From Candidatus Kapaibacterium sp. (GTDB lineage: Bacteria > Bacteroidota > Ignavibacteria > Kapaibacteriales > UBA2268), in contig OY762428.1 of the NCBI GenBank assembly GCA_963665665.1, positions 2,912,001-2,976,000 on the forward strand: a stretch of 64,000 bases of DNA, written 5' to 3'. Below are positions 19,119 to 27,853 of the stretch, piece after piece; position 1 is the first letter of the stretch, and each line of letters starts with the position of its first letter. The notes beneath the pieces are model-generated. The model did not search any database, had not been told where the DNA came from, and saw only the letters and a program-made list of their open reading frames with translations. The position numbers and the translations under genes were made by a program.

Positions 19119-19177
19119 AACACCCAATCCCCACACTGAGTGCATTTCATAATACCCGGTCTTTGATTTGTTTTGCA
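19119..19177 (+). promoter_or_regulatory. Putative late promoter P4 for the modification/packaging operon
   Basis: AACACCCAATCCCCACACTGAGTGCAT-N5-AATAC-N12-TTGTTTTGCA. Confidence 0.7.
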
Positions 19178-19245
19178 AAGGATTCAGCTAATTCTGGAAA
19201 ATTGATACAGGTTTATAGCTGATTCAGAATAAAAGCAATACAACA

Positions 19246-19959
19246 ATGGACGGTTTTATGAACAGGTTAACACCAAAACAAATCTATAATGAGCTTAGCG
19301 AAGTCTATGACCGGAGCTATGGCAGCAGGATACATGAGCTTGAGGATGATTATATTTACAGCTTCCTTGCTGAACACGGTTTTACAAAAGGCTGTCTTCT
19401 TGATTTAGGTTCCGGTACAGGTTCGATATTAAATCATGTCGGAATCAGGAAAGAAGATTATACCGGAATTGATGTTTCCGACAAGATGATCGAGATCAGC
19501 AAAAAGAAGTTTCCGGGATACAATTTTGCAATCGCTACTATGACCAACCTTCCTTTCGAAGATGAATCATTTGATAATGTCATTTCACTATTCGGCAGTT
19601 TTACATATGCCTATAAGCCCGGCAAAGCAGTTAAGGAACTGGATAGGGTTTTAAAGCCGAACGGTAAGTTCCTGATCATGGCTTGCGGAAAGAAGTACAA
19701 GTACAGGGAATCCTATATCCTGAATAAATTCGATATTGAAAGCCCGGCAAGGTTCTTTTCCAGAGATGAGCTAAAGGATTTATTCTTTGGATTCAGCAAT
19801 GTAAAGATATTCAGCATGACATGGTTAAGTGAAAAGCTTGCTGAAATACTTCCATACCGTTTAGACAGATTATACCACAACTTTGAAACAAAGTATCTAA
19901 GCCGGTTCATTCCCGAACAGTTTTACTTCCACATAATAATAGGACAGAAAGATGCCTAA
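19246..19959 (+). CDS. Class I SAM-dependent methyltransferase
   Basis: LLDLGSGTG motif I, GIDVSDKMI, LPFEDESFD, RVLKPNG. Confidence 0.85.
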   Translation: MDGFMNRLTPKQIYNELSEVYDRSYGSRIHELEDDYIYSFLAEHGFTKGCLLDLGSGTGSILNHVGIRKEDYTGIDVSDKMIEISKKKFPGYNFAIATMTNLPFEDESFDNVISLFGSFTYAYKPGKAVKELDRVLKPNGKFLIMACGKKYKYRESYILNKFDIESPARFFSRDELKDLFFGFSNVKIFSMTWLSEKLAEILPYRLDRLYHNFETKYLSRFIPEQFYFHIIIGQKDA

Positions 19960-21097
19960 GCATTATAGAATTGAAAATGTATTTGATGCAGCTCTGGACA
20001 GGATGATTAAGCTGTATGAAGATGGTCACAGGGTAGTAGTATCATTCTCTGGTGGCAAGGATTCCGGTATTTGCGTTGAGCTTGCCATTATTGCCGCTAC
20101 TCTAACAAATAAACTACCTGTTGAAGTGGTTATGAGGGATGAGGAAATAATGTATCCCGGAACATTTGAATATGCAGTAAGGATAGCTAATAGACCGGAA
20201 GTTAAGTTCTACTGGTATTATGCAAATCAGCCTATTGTGAATATCTTCAACAGACAGAATCCTTATTTCTGGGTTTTCGATCCGAAGCTGCCACCTGAAA
20301 AATGGGTACGACAACCTCCTGATTTTGCAGTTAAGATACCCGAGCAAAGCATACAGGGATTAATCGGACAGAATAAATTCCCTCCTGCTGAAGGTAAAAA
20401 ACTTATAGCTGTAATTGGACTCAGAACAGATGAATCCATGCTAAGGAAAATGGGTTTGATGTCCAGTAAAGGATATGTCACCAAAGGTAAAAGCTCTTAT
20501 GGAACATATAACGCAAGACCGATTTATGACTGGTCGGACGGGGATGTGTGGAAGGCTATCAGGGATAATAACTGGGATTACAACAAAGCTTATGATGTTA
20601 TGCACAGGCTGGGTATCAGCAGGAATAAGCTTAGAATAGCGCCTCCTACATTAGCAGCTGCAGCTATAGACGGTATGTCTATGGCAGCCAAAGCATGGCC
20701 TCAATGGTTTGATAAAGTATGTCAGAGATTACCCGGGGTAAGGACAGCAAGTATGTTCGGCAGAAGATCAGTTGAACCGATCAGGAAACTCGGGGAATCA
20801 TGGAAAGACTGTTTCCACAGGACTTGTATAGATGAAGCTCCGGATTGGATAGCAGAAAGATCAAGGAAGTTAGCTACCTATGTTTTGATGAACCATAAAA
20901 GGCATTCCACCGAAGCATTTCCGGAAGTTACAAAATGTCCTAAGTGTCAGATGACATCATCATGGAAGAATCTGGCAAAGATCATGTATATGGGGGAACC
21001 TTTCTCCATGAAAGTGAAAGTTGATGTACTGCCTTATGTGGAACCGGAATATTTCAGGGAAGGGGCCGGAACCTGGGGCGGAAAACCCACCTGGTAG
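19952..21097 (+). CDS. PAPS-reductase-family PP-loop protein (YbdN/IbrA/DndC-like)
   Basis: SFSGGKDS, RDEE, GLRTDES..R, PIYDW...DVW, CPKC. Confidence 0.85.
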   Translation: MPKHYRIENVFDAALDRMIKLYEDGHRVVVSFSGGKDSGICVELAIIAATLTNKLPVEVVMRDEEIMYPGTFEYAVRIANRPEVKFYWYYANQPIVNIFNRQNPYFWVFDPKLPPEKWVRQPPDFAVKIPEQSIQGLIGQNKFPPAEGKKLIAVIGLRTDESMLRKMGLMSSKGYVTKGKSSYGTYNARPIYDWSDGDVWKAIRDNNWDYNKAYDVMHRLGISRNKLRIAPPTLAAAAIDGMSMAAKAWPQWFDKVCQRLPGVRTASMFGRRSVEPIRKLGESWKDCFHRTCIDEAPDWIAERSRKLATYVLMNHKRHSTEAFPEVTKCPKCQMTSSWKNLAKIMYMGEPFSMKVKVDVLPYVEPEYFREGAGTWGGKPTW

Positions 21098-21183
21098 TTG
21101 ATAGTGGACAGTTGAAAGTGGACAGTGAGAAGAGAATAAAAGAAAAAATTAACTATCAACTATCAATTATCAACTTTCAACTG
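21095..21183. repeat. Heptamer-repeat inverted repeat
   Basis: tagttga-tagtgga-cagttga-aagtgga-cagtg, A-rich loop, aactatc-aactatc-aattatc-aactttc-aactg. Confidence 0.85.
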
Positions 21184-21254
21184 AAATTCGGCGTAAATAC
21201 TTGATAAATATAGGTTTACATACAATAATAAAATAGAGTAACCGTCTTAAATAT

Positions 21255-21542
21255 ATGGAACTTACATCATTTATAGAATTCATTGACAGCCAGAAATGGA
21301 TATTTGCAAAGACTTATGCAAATAAAGCTCCTCATTCTTACTGCTTGAAGAAAAACTGTGAGGATATTGAGCGCTTCAATCAGGCTGTACAGTTTATCCG
21401 GGACAACGGAGTCAAAGAATTCTTCTATCGCAAAGCATTCATATACTTTTATCATGACGGTTACAAGTACTGGACTATGGGAGCGCCCATAGCTCAGACA
21501 ATACTAATTAACCGGACAAATGATTTTAGTAAATATGAGTGA
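21255..21542 (+). CDS. Small protein of modification operon, unknown function
   Basis: Aromatic-rich WIFAKTY...PH.Y...GYKYWTMG...LINR. Confidence 0.7.
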   Translation: MELTSFIEFIDSQKWIFAKTYANKAPHSYCLKKNCEDIERFNQAVQFIRDNGVKEFFYRKAFIYFYHDGYKYWTMGAPIAQTILINRTNDFSKYE

Positions 21543-21547
21543 TTTGA

Positions 21548-22228
21548 ATGAAGACATTTGATGACGGAAAATGGCTCTACGGTGATTCCTGGGAACGTTT
21601 CCCGATAGAGACTGGTCAAGTATGGCGTGCAGGAAATAACGTCGTCTCGGCAAGGGATTTAACTCATTTGGGCAGTCTGAACTTTCTCGGCAGGGCAAAG
21701 TTCGATATGTCCTATATCGATCCTCCCTGGAATACCGGCAATATCAATTCCTTTTACACAAAAGCAGGTTTATCCGAAAGAAAGCAGTTTAACTCATTTA
21801 TTGAGAAACTGATCATTCTTATCAGGAAGCATTCCCCTTATGTGAACTATCTTGAGATGGGAAAACAGAACCTTGAATATGTAAAGGATCTGATCTACAA
21901 GCATAATGGAATAGTCACTAATGTATGGAAGATAAAATACTATCGTAAGCATGATTGCTACCTGATACGGTATTCCTTTACCTATCCGGATATGCTTGAT
22001 TATAACTTTACCGGAATGGATGACGAATTGACTCCCAAGATGGCAATCTTCATGGAAAAGAATGTTGAGAATGTTCTCGATCTCTGTACAGGACGAGGAC
22101 TAACGGGAAGAACAGCCTTTGCACTGGGTAAAGAGTTTTTCGGAATCGAACTGAATAAGAGAAGATTAGCCAATCTGCTTGATTTCTACAGTAAACAAGG
22201 TTTAACCATTAATAAATTGAGAGGATAA
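21548..22228 (+). CDS. Amino (N6A/N4C) DNA methyltransferase-like protein, beta order
   Basis: YIDPPW motif IV precedes VLDLCTGRG motif I, then FFGIEL. Confidence 0.7.
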   Translation: MKTFDDGKWLYGDSWERFPIETGQVWRAGNNVVSARDLTHLGSLNFLGRAKFDMSYIDPPWNTGNINSFYTKAGLSERKQFNSFIEKLIILIRKHSPYVNYLEMGKQNLEYVKDLIYKHNGIVTNVWKIKYYRKHDCYLIRYSFTYPDMLDYNFTGMDDELTPKMAIFMEKNVENVLDLCTGRGLTGRTAFALGKEFFGIELNKRRLANLLDFYSKQGLTINKLRG

Positions 22229-22229
22229 T

Positions 22230-23099
22230 ATGAGCACTTACAACACAACACCCGAAGCTACACAGAAAGCGGTTTCCGAAAAGATTATCAAAAAAGGTAA
22301 AAAGGAAATTGACAAAAAGAATGTATCACTAGGGGAACTGAAGATTGAATATGTCGGTGTAGATAGCATCAAACCTAATAACTACAATCCTAACAGACAG
22401 AGCGAGCATGATTTTGAACTGCTTCTAAAATCTATGGAAGAGGATGGATTCACACAGCCTATCATTGTTCAGCAAGACACAAAGATGATAGTGGACGGCG
22501 AGCATAGATGGAGGGCAGCATCTACTTTAGGCTATAAGGAAATCCCTGTGGTTTTCGTTGAAATGACACCGGAACAGATGAGGATTGCCACTCTCAGGCA
22601 TAACAGGGCAAGGGGAAGTGAAGACCTGGAACTGTCCGTTCAGGTTTTACGTGACCTTCAGGAACTTGGCGCAATGGACTGGGCACAGGATTCCCTTATG
22701 CTCTCCGATGATGAGATAAACAGGCTTCTTGAAGATATTCCCGTACCGGAAGCATTAGCCAATGAAGATTATAATCAGTCTTGGGAACCTACAGAACTTT
22801 CTGATGAAGATAGCAATGTAAACTCTACAGAAGCAAGGCCTGTTGACGGTTATACTTACGGTGGTGAAATGGTAACTGCTGCATCTTCCAAAGCTGTAGA
22901 TACCATCAAGGAAAGACAGGCTCTGATTGAACAAGCTAAAAATGAAGAAGAAAAGGAAATGGCAAAACAGCAGACAAAACTTTACAGGGTTTCCCTGATA
23001 TTTGCCAATGAGGAAGCAGAGATCATTGAAGGAGTTCTGGGTAAGGAACCTGCCGTTAAACTGCTTGAACTGTGTAAGAAAGAACTGGGTACTGAATAA
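22230..23099 (+). CDS. ParB/Srx N-terminal domain protein (YbdM/IbrB-like)
   Basis: PNNYNPN...DGFTQPI...IVDGEHRW...TLRHNRARG. Confidence 0.85.
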   Translation: MSTYNTTPEATQKAVSEKIIKKGKKEIDKKNVSLGELKIEYVGVDSIKPNNYNPNRQSEHDFELLLKSMEEDGFTQPIIVQQDTKMIVDGEHRWRAASTLGYKEIPVVFVEMTPEQMRIATLRHNRARGSEDLELSVQVLRDLQELGAMDWAQDSLMLSDDEINRLLEDIPVPEALANEDYNQSWEPTELSDEDSNVNSTEARPVDGYTYGGEMVTAASSKAVDTIKERQALIEQAKNEEEKEMAKQQTKLYRVSLIFANEEAEIIEGVLGKEPAVKLLELCKKELGTE

Positions 23100-23785
23100 T
23101 GACCGAAGCTTGGGAAAGGCTACCGGGCGAAACCAACAAAGCTTTTAATGCTTTCTGCATATATCGTGATCTTCGTCAGAACAGAAGTTTTACCAAAGTC
23201 CAGATTCAGCTTGGCAAAAAGAGCAAGTCATACATTGCTTACTGGTCCAAGAAGTATAACTGGATCGAACGGGTCAAGGCTTTTGATGATGACGAAGACC
23301 GCAAGAACAGGATTAAACAGCAGGAGAGCATTCAGAAGATGAACGAGAGGCAAGCCCAGCAGGCAGAGACATTCCAGAGGATATTGTTTCTGCCTGTTAC
23401 TGCTATTTCCGCAAGGCTCAAAAAAGACAGGGATAATAAAACACCAGCAATCGAGGATTTAAATCAGCTTGATACAATTCAGCTTATTGAGATGATTGGT
23501 CAGATGAGCAGGAATTACGGCAATCTTGTAAATATCGAAAGGATTGCACGTGGAGCGCCAACCGAGATCGGTAAAAGCGAGAATACTATAATAGTTCCAA
23601 ACAACATTGCAAAATACGGGGAGATGGTAGCTAATGACGAAAAAGCTACAGAGAAGCTTACTGAATACCTCTTTTGCCTGGGAGACCCTGAAAACGGCAA
23701 GCCCGGCAACGATGGCGATGCACCTGTCGGACGGGAAGTATCTGATAGCTCCTCACATAAACATACTGAACAAGAAACTTCTTGA
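23099..23785 (+). CDS. terS: Terminase small subunit (putative)
   Basis: WERLPGET.KAF.AF..YRDL...WS..YNW.ER..AFD HTH-type N-terminus, upstream of TerL. Confidence 0.65.
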   Translation: MTEAWERLPGETNKAFNAFCIYRDLRQNRSFTKVQIQLGKKSKSYIAYWSKKYNWIERVKAFDDDEDRKNRIKQQESIQKMNERQAQQAETFQRILFLPVTAISARLKKDRDNKTPAIEDLNQLDTIQLIEMIGQMSRNYGNLVNIERIARGAPTEIGKSENTIIVPNNIAKYGEMVANDEKATEKLTEYLFCLGDPENGKPGNDGDAPVGREVSDSSSHKHTEQETS

Positions 23786-25064
23786 TGTAGCCGGAGGAAG
23801 GACTAAGAGGCTTATTGTTAATATGCCTCCAAGACATGGCAAATCCGAGCTTATTTCAAGATATTTTCCGGCATGGTATCTCGGTACTTATCCGGACAGA
23901 AGGATTATTCTTGTTTCGTATGAAGCAGGCTTTGCAGCATCATGGGGAAGAAAAACAAAGGAACTATTGGAAGAGTATGGAGAGGATCTATTCGGTATTA
24001 AGCTTAACAGGCTGTCAAATTCAGCATACCGATGGGATGTGGCAGACCATGAAGGCGGACTGAATGCTACTGGTGTCGGTGGAGCGATTACTGGAAAGGG
24101 AGCAAATGTTCTAATCATTGATGATCCAGTCAAAAACGATGAACAGGCAAACAGTAAAACATATAGGGATAAAACATATGACTGGTTCAGGGCTACGGCA
24201 TATACAAGGCTGGAACCGGGTGGAGCTATAATTGTTATCATGACAAGATGGAACTTCGACGACCTTGCCGGAAGGTTATTGAATGATCCGGATTCTGATG
24301 ATAAATGGGAAGTGATAGATTTTCCGGCAATTGCTAAGGAAGATGATATCCTCGGCAGAAAAGAGGGTGAAGCCTTGTGGCCGTACAGGTATTCACTAAA
24401 GAAACTGCAATCAATAAAGAAGCAGATAGGTTCTTACTGGTTCAATGCTTTGTATCAGCAACAGCCTATAGCTTCGGAATACCAGATATTCAAAAGCCAG
24501 TGGTGGCAGGAATATTTGGATTTGCCGGATTATTCTATTCTAATCCAGTCCTGGGATACAGCTTTTAAAGAAAAGGAACAGAATGACTTCTCGGTTTGTA
24601 CTACTTGGGCTTTAACTAAGAACGGATATTATCTGGTTGATTACTGGAGAGGAAAAGTACTGTTTCCGGACCTGCAAAGGCAGGTTGTAATGCAATATAA
24701 CAAGTACAAACCTAATGTAGTTCTTATTGAGGATGCTGCAAGTGGACAGAGCCTTATTCAGGTTCTGCAGAGGGAAACAAAGATCCCGATCAAGGCAGTG
24801 AAGGCTATGAAAGATAAAGTTACAAGGGCACATCTGGTAACGCCACTATTTGAAGCAGGAAAGATATTCGTTCCAAAGGATGCTGTCTTTCTTGCAGATA
24901 TTATCAATGAATGCTCTGAATTCCCGTATGGCAATCATGATGATATAGTGGATTCAATCACTCAGGCTCTTGATTTCCTGAGAAAGAGGGTAGGTAGTTC
25001 AAAACCAGTAAATCTTATGAAAAATGTTCAGCAAAAAAGAGAGAATTTCTTCACCACTTACTAA
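23634..25064 (+). CDS. terL: Terminase large subunit
   Basis: MPPRHGKS Walker A, LIIDDP Walker B, SWDTA, HDDIVDS nuclease motifs. Confidence 0.92.
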   Translation: MTKKLQRSLLNTSFAWETLKTASPATMAMHLSDGKYLIAPHINILNKKLLDVAGGRTKRLIVNMPPRHGKSELISRYFPAWYLGTYPDRRIILVSYEAGFAASWGRKTKELLEEYGEDLFGIKLNRLSNSAYRWDVADHEGGLNATGVGGAITGKGANVLIIDDPVKNDEQANSKTYRDKTYDWFRATAYTRLEPGGAIIVIMTRWNFDDLAGRLLNDPDSDDKWEVIDFPAIAKEDDILGRKEGEALWPYRYSLKKLQSIKKQIGSYWFNALYQQQPIASEYQIFKSQWWQEYLDLPDYSILIQSWDTAFKEKEQNDFSVCTTWALTKNGYYLVDYWRGKVLFPDLQRQVVMQYNKYKPNVVLIEDAASGQSLIQVLQRETKIPIKAVKAMKDKVTRAHLVTPLFEAGKIFVPKDAVFLADIINECSEFPYGNHDDIVDSITQALDFLRKRVGSSKPVNLMKNVQQKRENFFTTY

Positions 25065-25070
25065 ATAGCT

Positions 25071-26516
25071 ATGGGAATAATCAGTAAACTAAAAAATGTA
25101 TTTGCAGAGAAAAATGATGTAAAAGAATCACGGCCGTATCCTCTCGGTGTCATTGCCAGCAGGCAGGCCTTTTCTTATTCGCTTCTGAATGAGATCCTTC
25201 CGAATCCGGATTTGATCCTGAAAAAGAATGATGAGACTTTAGAGACTTACAGGAATTTTCTTTATGATGCCCATGTAGCAAGCTGTGTGCAGTCCAGAAA
25301 GTCAGGCATTCTCAGTATGGAATGGGAAATAAACCGGGGAGCAAAGAAAAGCCAGGAAGCTGAGTTTATTGAGAATATTTTCAATGATCTGAATATCCGA
25401 CAGATAATCAATGAGATACTTGATGCCCCTTTGTACGGTTTCAAGCCACTTGAAATATACTGGGGTGAAACAAATGGAATGATTATTCCCAAAGAGGTGA
25501 AAGGTAAACCTCCCTGGTGGTTCTTCTATGATACTAATAATATGCTCAGGTTTAAGGATAAGAACAAACAGTTCGGAGTGCTGATACCAAATAAAAAGTT
25601 TCTGGTTGTTCAGAGTAATGCAAGTTATGATAATCCTTACGGGGATGCCGTCCTTGCCAAATGTTATTATCCGGTCATCTTTAAGAAAGGCGGTATGAAG
25701 CTCTGGTCAATCTTTACCCAGAAGTATGGAATGCCTTTTCTTCATGGTAAAATTGGATTAGGTAAAGGACAGGAAGAAGCTTACGAACTGTTTAATGTTC
25801 TTGAAAAGCTACAGCAGGACGGCATCGCCATTACCGAGGAAGAGGTTGATATTGAAATTCTTGAATCTTCAAAAACAAGTTCTTCTGATATTTACAGGAA
25901 CCTGCTTCACTTCTGCAATGCAGAGATTTCCAAAGCTATATTATCTCAAACACTGACAACGGAACAGGGCGATACTGGCTCTTATGCAATGTCGCAGACT
26001 CATCTCCAGGTCAGGAAAGATGTAGTGGACTCAGACAAACAGCTTGTAGAAATTTGGATGAATAATCTCATCGAGTGGATCATAGAATACAACTTCAATT
26101 CAATATCAGAGATGCCTAAGTTTGTTTTGTTTGAGGAAGAAGATGTAGATATGACGCTTGCCCAGCGTGACCAGACCCTAGCATCCACAAATCAGATCAC
26201 ATTTACCAAGGAATATTTCAAAAGGAATTATGGCTTTAAAGATGATGAAATTGAAGTTGGTAAGAAAGAAATAAAAACTGAATTTTCGGAAAATCCGGAT
26301 TATGGAATTACAGATTTAAACCAATTCGACGAACTTACTCAGGAAATTATCAAACCAGTCCTGAAAATGATTGAAGAGAAGAAGTCCTTTGAAGAAATTC
26401 AGCATGGTATTGTTGAGCTGTTCCCTGATCTCGACACCAAACAGCTTGAAGATTATCTGGCAAAAGCTATCCTGGTTGCTTCCGGCAGCGGAATAATCGA
26501 AGCAGGATGCATCTGA
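25071..26516 (+). CDS. Portal protein (Mu gp29/DUF935)
   Basis: DAHVASC...RK, KYGMP, EISKAILSQTLTT...GSYA....H..VR. Confidence 0.88.
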   Translation: MGIISKLKNVFAEKNDVKESRPYPLGVIASRQAFSYSLLNEILPNPDLILKKNDETLETYRNFLYDAHVASCVQSRKSGILSMEWEINRGAKKSQEAEFIENIFNDLNIRQIINEILDAPLYGFKPLEIYWGETNGMIIPKEVKGKPPWWFFYDTNNMLRFKDKNKQFGVLIPNKKFLVVQSNASYDNPYGDAVLAKCYYPVIFKKGGMKLWSIFTQKYGMPFLHGKIGLGKGQEEAYELFNVLEKLQQDGIAITEEEVDIEILESSKTSSSDIYRNLLHFCNAEISKAILSQTLTTEQGDTGSYAMSQTHLQVRKDVVDSDKQLVEIWMNNLIEWIIEYNFNSISEMPKFVLFEEEDVDMTLAQRDQTLASTNQITFTKEYFKRNYGFKDDEIEVGKKEIKTEFSENPDYGITDLNQFDELTQEIIKPVLKMIEEKKSFEEIQHGIVELFPDLDTKQLEDYLAKAILVASGSGIIEAGCI

Positions 26517-27247
26517 TGAACTATTTCGGGGAATATTATAAATCCTATGGAAAAGTACCTTCATACACATTTGAAAGCCCTTTTGATGTATCTTTTAAGC
26601 TCCCTCCGGAAAAAGCCCTGGCGTGGCTTAAAGAAAGAGGCAAAAATCTAAAGCTAAGTATTGACTGGGACGAACTTGACGCCGAAGCACATGATAAAGC
26701 CTTTACAGTAGCAAAAGTGTTATCAGCAGATATTCTACAGCTTATATATGATCATGTTGAAAAAGCTAAGAAAGAAGGACAGACTTTAAAGCAGTTTCGG
26801 GATGAACTTTTACCAAAGCTCCAGGAGTCCGGATGGTCTGGTGCAACACCATCACGTCTGAAAGTTATTTATGATACTAATTTACAGATGTCGTATTCAA
26901 AAGGTAAATTCCGTCAGCATAAGCTAATTGCAAATATGTATCCCTACTGGAAATACAAACAGATCCAGAGAGCTACAAAACGGCACGATCACAGCCTTCT
27001 CGACGGTAAAGTATTCAAACATGATGACCCGATTTGGGATTTGATATATCCACCTTCCGGATTCGGCTGTAAATGTTCTGTTGTTCCTATTAAAGATGGC
27101 AGTAAAGCAGAGAAAGGTTCGGATTATTTGCAGAAGGTCAAGGCCAGCGGAGAATTTCAGTTAACTCCACTCAAAGCATGGAAGCCAGATACAGAAGTGT
27201 ATGTTACCGGGATTAGAGAGAAGTTAATAGGAATGCTGAAAATATGA
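26507..27247 (+). CDS. Mu gpF-like minor head protein
   Basis: AFTVAK, RLKVIYDTN, R.DH..LDG......DPIW...YPP.GFGCKC. Confidence 0.85.
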   Translation: MHLMNYFGEYYKSYGKVPSYTFESPFDVSFKLPPEKALAWLKERGKNLKLSIDWDELDAEAHDKAFTVAKVLSADILQLIYDHVEKAKKEGQTLKQFRDELLPKLQESGWSGATPSRLKVIYDTNLQMSYSKGKFRQHKLIANMYPYWKYKQIQRATKRHDHSLLDGKVFKHDDPIWDLIYPPSGFGCKCSVVPIKDGSKAEKGSDYLQKVKASGEFQLTPLKAWKPDTEVYVTGIREKLIGMLKI

Positions 27248-27825
27248 TCAAACAGGAAATAATAGACAACCTGAATCATACCTTCCGGGAAATCAGAAAG
27301 CAGTACGATGATCTTTCGCCTGTATTGGAAATGGTTTCAGCTTTAATAGATCGGGCAATTACAGCGAACTTCGATTCTCGCGGCCGCTGGGATGGAGATG
27401 AATCCAATATCGGATTATTCTCCGGAGGCTCACAGAAATGGAAAGCCCTTGCCGGCTCAACTAAATCTGACTATGAAAAATACGGCTACGAATTGCAGCC
27501 AACCTTGAACAGGACAAAAGGGCTTATGTCCTCAATAGAAGTGCGCCCACAAGGTAAATCCTCAGTAATAATCTCAGCAAATGCTCCTTACGCTGCTATC
27601 CACAACTATGGTGGAATTGTAAAACCTTCGATAACAATCACTCCCCGAATGCGGAACTTTTTCTGGTACAAATTCTATGAAACAGGCTTGGTTTCCTGGA
27701 AGGCTATGGCTCTGACCAAAAAGAAAAAGCTGAAACCTGTTATCGAGATTCCAGCCAGACCTTTTATTACTCTTACTGAAGAGGATTTGGAAGAGATAAT
27801 TTCAATTCTAAAAATTAATCTCTGA
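27244..27825 (+). CDS. Mu gpG-like virion morphogenesis protein
   Basis: W.AL, L.RT..L..SI, YAAIHNYGG, IPARPF. Confidence 0.85.
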   Translation: MIKQEIIDNLNHTFREIRKQYDDLSPVLEMVSALIDRAITANFDSRGRWDGDESNIGLFSGGSQKWKALAGSTKSDYEKYGYELQPTLNRTKGLMSSIEVRPQGKSSVIISANAPYAAIHNYGGIVKPSITITPRMRNFFWYKFYETGLVSWKAMALTKKKKLKPVIEIPARPFITLTEEDLEEIISILKINL

Positions 27826-27853
27826 AGTTATTAAATTTCAATTAAATTGATTA

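Noticed and set aside
19952-21097. Canonical dnd/ssp phosphorothioation cluster or sulfate-assimilation cysH
   Set aside because: No dndA/B/D/E, sspB/C/E or cys genes nearby; context is ParB, methyltransferases and terminase
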